64,000 bases of DNA. It comes from Bdellovibrionota bacterium. GTDB taxonomy: Bacteria > Bdellovibrionota_C > UBA2361 > JAAYZI01. Shown piece by piece: positions 60,634 to 64,000 of this stretch (position 1 is its first letter; each line of letters begins with the position of its first letter). The stretch spans positions 96,001 to 160,000 of the forward strand of contig JBMNIF010000003.1 of the NCBI GenBank assembly GCA_050950765.1. Reading direction: 5' to 3'. The notes below the pieces were generated by a model, which was not told the DNA's origin, did not search any database, and saw only the letters and a program-made list of their open reading frames with translations. The translations under genes and the position numbers were made by a program.

Positions 60634-60642
60634 CGCTTTTTC

Positions 60643-62349
60643 TTAAGAGCCTTTCGTTAATATACCGGAGGAACAAACAAGATCTCCTTTTTTATAAAGA
60701 AAAGAGAACTTGTTTTCTGCACTTTTGACCACCTCTAAAGTAACCTGATCTGTTGAAAAGATTATTGCTGCAAACTTTAATTTTAAAATATCAAAATCAG
60801 TAGCAAGCACCCCCCAGAACTGCTTTAATACTAGGTGCACAAAACTTACCTGCACTACACCAGGTAATATTGCAACTTCAGGAAAGTGCCCTTGAAAGTA
60901 GACCGCATCACGCACGAAACTCAACTTAGCTGTAAATGAAGTATCATTCCAAACCACATCTTCTAAGAGGGGCTCCATCACATTATTAGCAAAGAGAGGA
61001 GCTATCGCTTCCCGTAAGATCTTTCCTTGTGAATTAACGGGGATCTCATAGACATAACGAAATTTTTTAGGAAGTGTCACATCATCAAAGGTGTGCGAAA
61101 CTGCACGATTTAAAAGTAAATTTAACTCTCTTTTAGAATTTACCTTTAAAAACTCTCTACCTTCTTGAGTAAGTGTAATAACAGCACTCAAATGGGTATC
61201 ATTATCAAGCAAAACTAAATAGCACCTCTGTACATACGGATGCTTCTGAAAGGCTTCTTCCATGTCAGGGAGAGAAACTAATTTTTCAAAGATCTTAACC
61301 ACACGATCTGTTCTACCTTTTAATATAAACGTTCGACTTTCATCGTGAAGTTCAACAGCATCTTGCATCTGAAAAGGGCTCTTGCAAGAAAACTCAGACG
61401 AAACAGCTAGACGTTTTTCACCATCAACTGTCACAGAAACAGCTGGAAAAATATGCCAAAGCTGCCCATTTTTCTGCTGTCTAGATGCAACACCTCCAGT
61501 TTCAGTACTACCGAATATTTCAAAAGGAGAGACCCCAAAGAGATCGTACGTTGCTTGAGAAGTATCCTCTTTTAAGAGGCTACCTGAAGTAAAAATCGCC
61601 AGATAGTTATCAGAAAAAGAACATTGCTCTTTATACTTAATAAGCTTATCCAAAAAGGTAGGTGTAGTAACAAAAAGGAGTTTTTTATACAATGACTGCT
61701 TTTTTTGTAACGCTTCAGGTGTTTCAATTAAATCTAAATCAACCGTTAAAGCAGCAGATATCGGAAATAATAATTTCCAGAGCATCCCATAAACATGGTA
61801 ATTAACAACAGAACCTATCACCGTAGGAGAACTACTCAGATGATCCTTCTGCGTTTCAAGGATATTTTCCACCTCCATAGCTAAATTTCTGTAAGTCTTT
61901 TTTATCTGCTTAGGCGTACCGCTACTGCCTGAACTAAAAAATGAGATCTCTTCCGCACTCATTTCAGAAAAAGTAAAGTCTGTTTGCGGCAATTTTAGAG
62001 GTACCTTTATAACTTTTTTACTATCAAGAGACTCCGGCACGTCATGATTAGTTACCAAGAGTGTGGAGTTATTTAATAAGGGGGCTAAAAAAGCAGGCTT
62101 TATGAAAGGAGGTAATAATAATCGTTTATGAGCTTGCAACAAGGCAAAAAAGCAGGTCGCAAAAAGCAACTCATCATCAAGGATAAATAGAAGCACCTCT
62201 TTTTCAGGAAGCTTAGAAAAATAAGCTGCGTACTTAGCAACATTATCTTCAAAAGCCCCTCTCGTAATAGCTTTACCATTATTGATAAAGAGGGTTTCAG
62301 TAAGATCTCTATCTCGAGCAGTAAAAATAATTGAAGCATGAACTGACAT
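60643..62349 (-). CDS. AMP-binding acyl-activating enzyme fused to a FabA/Z-like dehydratase (ApeH+ApeI-like)
   Basis: FSSGSSGTPKQI, EIFGSTETGG, GRTDRVVKIFEKLVSL, NSQGK; C-terminal YFQGHFPEVAILPGVVQ. Confidence 0.88.
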   Translation of the reverse strand: MSVHASIIFTARDRDLTETLFINNGKAITRGAFEDNVAKYAAYFSKLPEKEVLLFILDDELLFATCFFALLQAHKRLLLPPFIKPAFLAPLLNNSTLLVTNHDVPESLDSKKVIKVPLKLPQTDFTFSEMSAEEISFFSSGSSGTPKQIKKTYRNLAMEVENILETQKDHLSSSPTVIGSVVNYHVYGMLWKLLFPISAALTVDLDLIETPEALQKKQSLYKKLLFVTTPTFLDKLIKYKEQCSFSDNYLAIFTSGSLLKEDTSQATYDLFGVSPFEIFGSTETGGVASRQQKNGQLWHIFPAVSVTVDGEKRLAVSSEFSCKSPFQMQDAVELHDESRTFILKGRTDRVVKIFEKLVSLPDMEEAFQKHPYVQRCYLVLLDNDTHLSAVITLTQEGREFLKVNSKRELNLLLNRAVSHTFDDVTLPKKFRYVYEIPVNSQGKILREAIAPLFANNVMEPLLEDVVWNDTSFTAKLSFVRDAVYFQGHFPEVAILPGVVQVSFVHLVLKQFWGVLATDFDILKLKFAAIIFSTDQVTLEVVKSAENKFSFLYKKGDLVCSSGILTKGS

Positions 62350-62888
62350 TAAAAGCACCTTCTACGTATAAAATATTCAGAAGCAAACATTAGCCCTATC
62401 AAAATATATGATACAAACCCATTATAAAGAACCCAAACTTCATCGGAAGCAAAGAGTGTCAGAAAGGAAAGTGTAAGATTAAATAATAAAAAGAGAGACC
62501 AAGCTATCGTTACCTTTCTAGTATATATCTTTTTCTCTTCACTAAGATTAGGTTCTATTTTTTCTGCAAAAAGTTGTGCTAGTGGTTTGCCCTTTAATGA
62601 CGAGGTAAACAATATAAAAAAAACACTATTTATCAGCACAGGGTATAATTTAGCAAAAACGGCATCTTTAAAAAGTAAAGTAAGCACTATCAATGCAATG
62701 CCGCCAAGGGTAGGTAATAATTGTCTTTTACAAAAAAAAGAAACCGCTACAATTAAAGACAACAATAAGGCCATCGTTACAGGCGCTGCTCCATTTTTTA
62801 AGGCGCAGAAGATCAAGACAGGATAGATCAAAACGAAACAGACATAACTCACTCTTTTGGAGCCTATAACTAACTTTTTTATGTGCAT
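62349..62888 (-). CDS. COG4648-type membrane protein (ApeG-like)
   Basis: KLYPVLIN, YTRKVTIAW, WVLYNGFVSYILIGLMFASEYFIR. Confidence 0.85.
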   Translation of the reverse strand: MHIKKLVIGSKRVSYVCFVLIYPVLIFCALKNGAAPVTMALLLSLIVAVSFFCKRQLLPTLGGIALIVLTLLFKDAVFAKLYPVLINSVFFILFTSSLKGKPLAQLFAEKIEPNLSEEKKIYTRKVTIAWSLFLLFNLTLSFLTLFASDEVWVLYNGFVSYILIGLMFASEYFIRRRCF

Positions 62889-62967
62889 ATTTAGTCATTA
62901 GCTAAAAGTATTAAGCCTTACCCCTTAATTTTTAGAACCTTTAAGCTCGAAAATTAAATTGGGGAGT

Positions 62968-63045
62968 TCTTATTCATTAATTATCTTCTCCACTACTGAT
63001 ATTCGAGAGATCTTATTCATTAACTATCTTCTCCACTACGGAGAT
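62968..63045 (-). repeat. 43-bp-period duplication of the acp 3' end
   Basis: TCTTATTCATTAA.TATCTTCTCCACTAC at 62968 and 63011. Confidence 0.85.
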
Positions 63046-63267
63046 CAGATCTCCGAGAGTTCTAATCTGCTTAAACTCTTCAGGATTAACTTTACGTCCC
63101 ATAAACTTTTGCAAGCGAACTATTAAATCAACCGCATCAATACTATCCAAATCCAGATCTTCGAACAATTTACTATCTTCGTTAAGGCTCTCCCTCTCAC
63201 AATCAAAATCGCTAACCAAAATATCAATTATCCGTTGAGATATTTCAGATCTCGACAAACGTGACAT
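63013..63267 (-). CDS. Acyl carrier protein
   Basis: LFEDLDLDSIDAVDL; GGAGG RBS. Confidence 0.92.
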   Translation of the reverse strand: MSRLSRSEISQRIIDILVSDFDCERESLNEDSKLFEDLDLDSIDAVDLIVRLQKFMGRKVNPEEFKQIRTLGDLISVVEKIVNE

Positions 63268-63273
63268 ACCTCC

Positions 63274-63552
63274 CTACTCCTCAACTGAAATATCGCTATT
63301 AGTAATTATGAAATCAAGTAAAGACTCAACTGAATAGAAATACTTCCTATTCTCTTTCTGTTCAGAGCCAAAGTTAACCTTGTATTTTTTTTTCAGTGCC
63401 AAACCCGACTCCAGAGCATCGATTGAATCCAAGCCCAGCCCTTCTCCGAAAAGAGGTGCAGCCGTCTCAATATCAGAGACAGTAACATCTTCTAAATCAA
63501 GCGCCTCAATAATCAGAGCTTTTATCTCGTTTGCAAGTTCTTCTCTTTTCAC
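63274..63552 (-). CDS. Acyl carrier protein (ApeE-like)
   Basis: PLFGEGLGLDSIDALE. Confidence 0.9.
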   Translation of the reverse strand: MKREELANEIKALIIEALDLEDVTVSDIETAAPLFGEGLGLDSIDALESGLALKKKYKVNFGSEQKENRKYFYSVESLLDFIITNSDISVEE

Positions 63553-63611
63553 AGCTTTACATTAAAAAAAATCAATAATTGTAGCTTTATATAACTTTAT
63601 CTAAAAAAAGT

Positions 63612-64000
63612 CTACAAAGCTTCAATAACACCTTTGACATGATTTGCAAATGATTTTGCATTGTTATGCGCCGATTGAGTCTCGTCTTTAAAATCAGCAG
63701 CATAACACAAAGAGCCAACCTTAAAAGAAAACTTCGAACGCTCTCTATTTGCGACATACCATTTTTTAGTCCTTCCTAAAGTAGGGGGGTGGCAACGTAT
63801 CCGTATCGGTAAAACAGGATATCCAGATAAGAGTGCAAGGTGTGCAAAACCTCGCTTGAACGGCACCTCACCGAATTCACTTCTTGTTCCTTCTGGGAAG
63901 ATAACTAGATTAAACCCCTCCCCCAACGCCGTAGTAGCCTCATTAAAGAGAAGAGTTGAATCATCCTGAACTACAAAATAAACATACTTAACGATCCTTT
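63612..64000 (-). CDS. PlsC-family lysophospholipid acyltransferase (ApeD-like); 5' end outside the window
   Basis: LVIFPEGTRS, FKRGFAHLA; the frame is open to the window edge. Confidence 0.85.
   Translation of the reverse strand, partial: RIVKYVYFVVQDDSTLLFNEATTALGEGFNLVIFPEGTRSEFGEVPFKRGFAHLALLSGYPVLPIRIRCHPPTLGRTKKWYVANRERSKFSFKVGSLCYAADFKDETQSAHNNAKSFANHVKGVIEAL

Overview
AT-rich (roughly 38-40% GC by eye) bacterial chromosomal window with no integrase, transposase, phage or cas genes. It carries mostly housekeeping and envelope genes: a GT4-GT2 fusion glycosyltransferase, murJ, an isolated FliH/FliI(SctL/SctN)-like pair, a lytic transglycosylase, srkA, dtd, metX, trkH, tRNA-Ser(CGA), a SWIM-SNF2 helicase, minCDE, pgpA, pyrF, an RNB nuclease, an ADP-forming acyl-CoA ligase, alpha-2-macroglobulin, a minimal flagellin, iorAB-paaK-ACT, purU and the right-hand part of an aryl-polyene(ape)-like cluster. 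The histidine cluster is rearranged and partly decayed, with an in-frame HisD-HisC fusion, an IGPD-only HisB and a hisH remnant. The most unusual signals are non-coding. (i) Six intergenic tandem arrays from four sequence families all have units of about 72-81 bp (mostly 79-80); one family is dispersed at three sites and one array is built from the 3' end of paaK. (ii) Downstream echoes of the paaK and acp 3' ends differ from the genes mainly at synonymous positions. (iii) The palindrome AGATCT is strongly over-represented, in a HIP1-like way. (iv) There is a terminator/antiterminator-type leader before purU, a G9 tract that frameshifts a hypothetical gene, and structured leaders before the RRM and acyl-CoA ligase genes. 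All calls come from reading the sequence by eye; no database searches were run.
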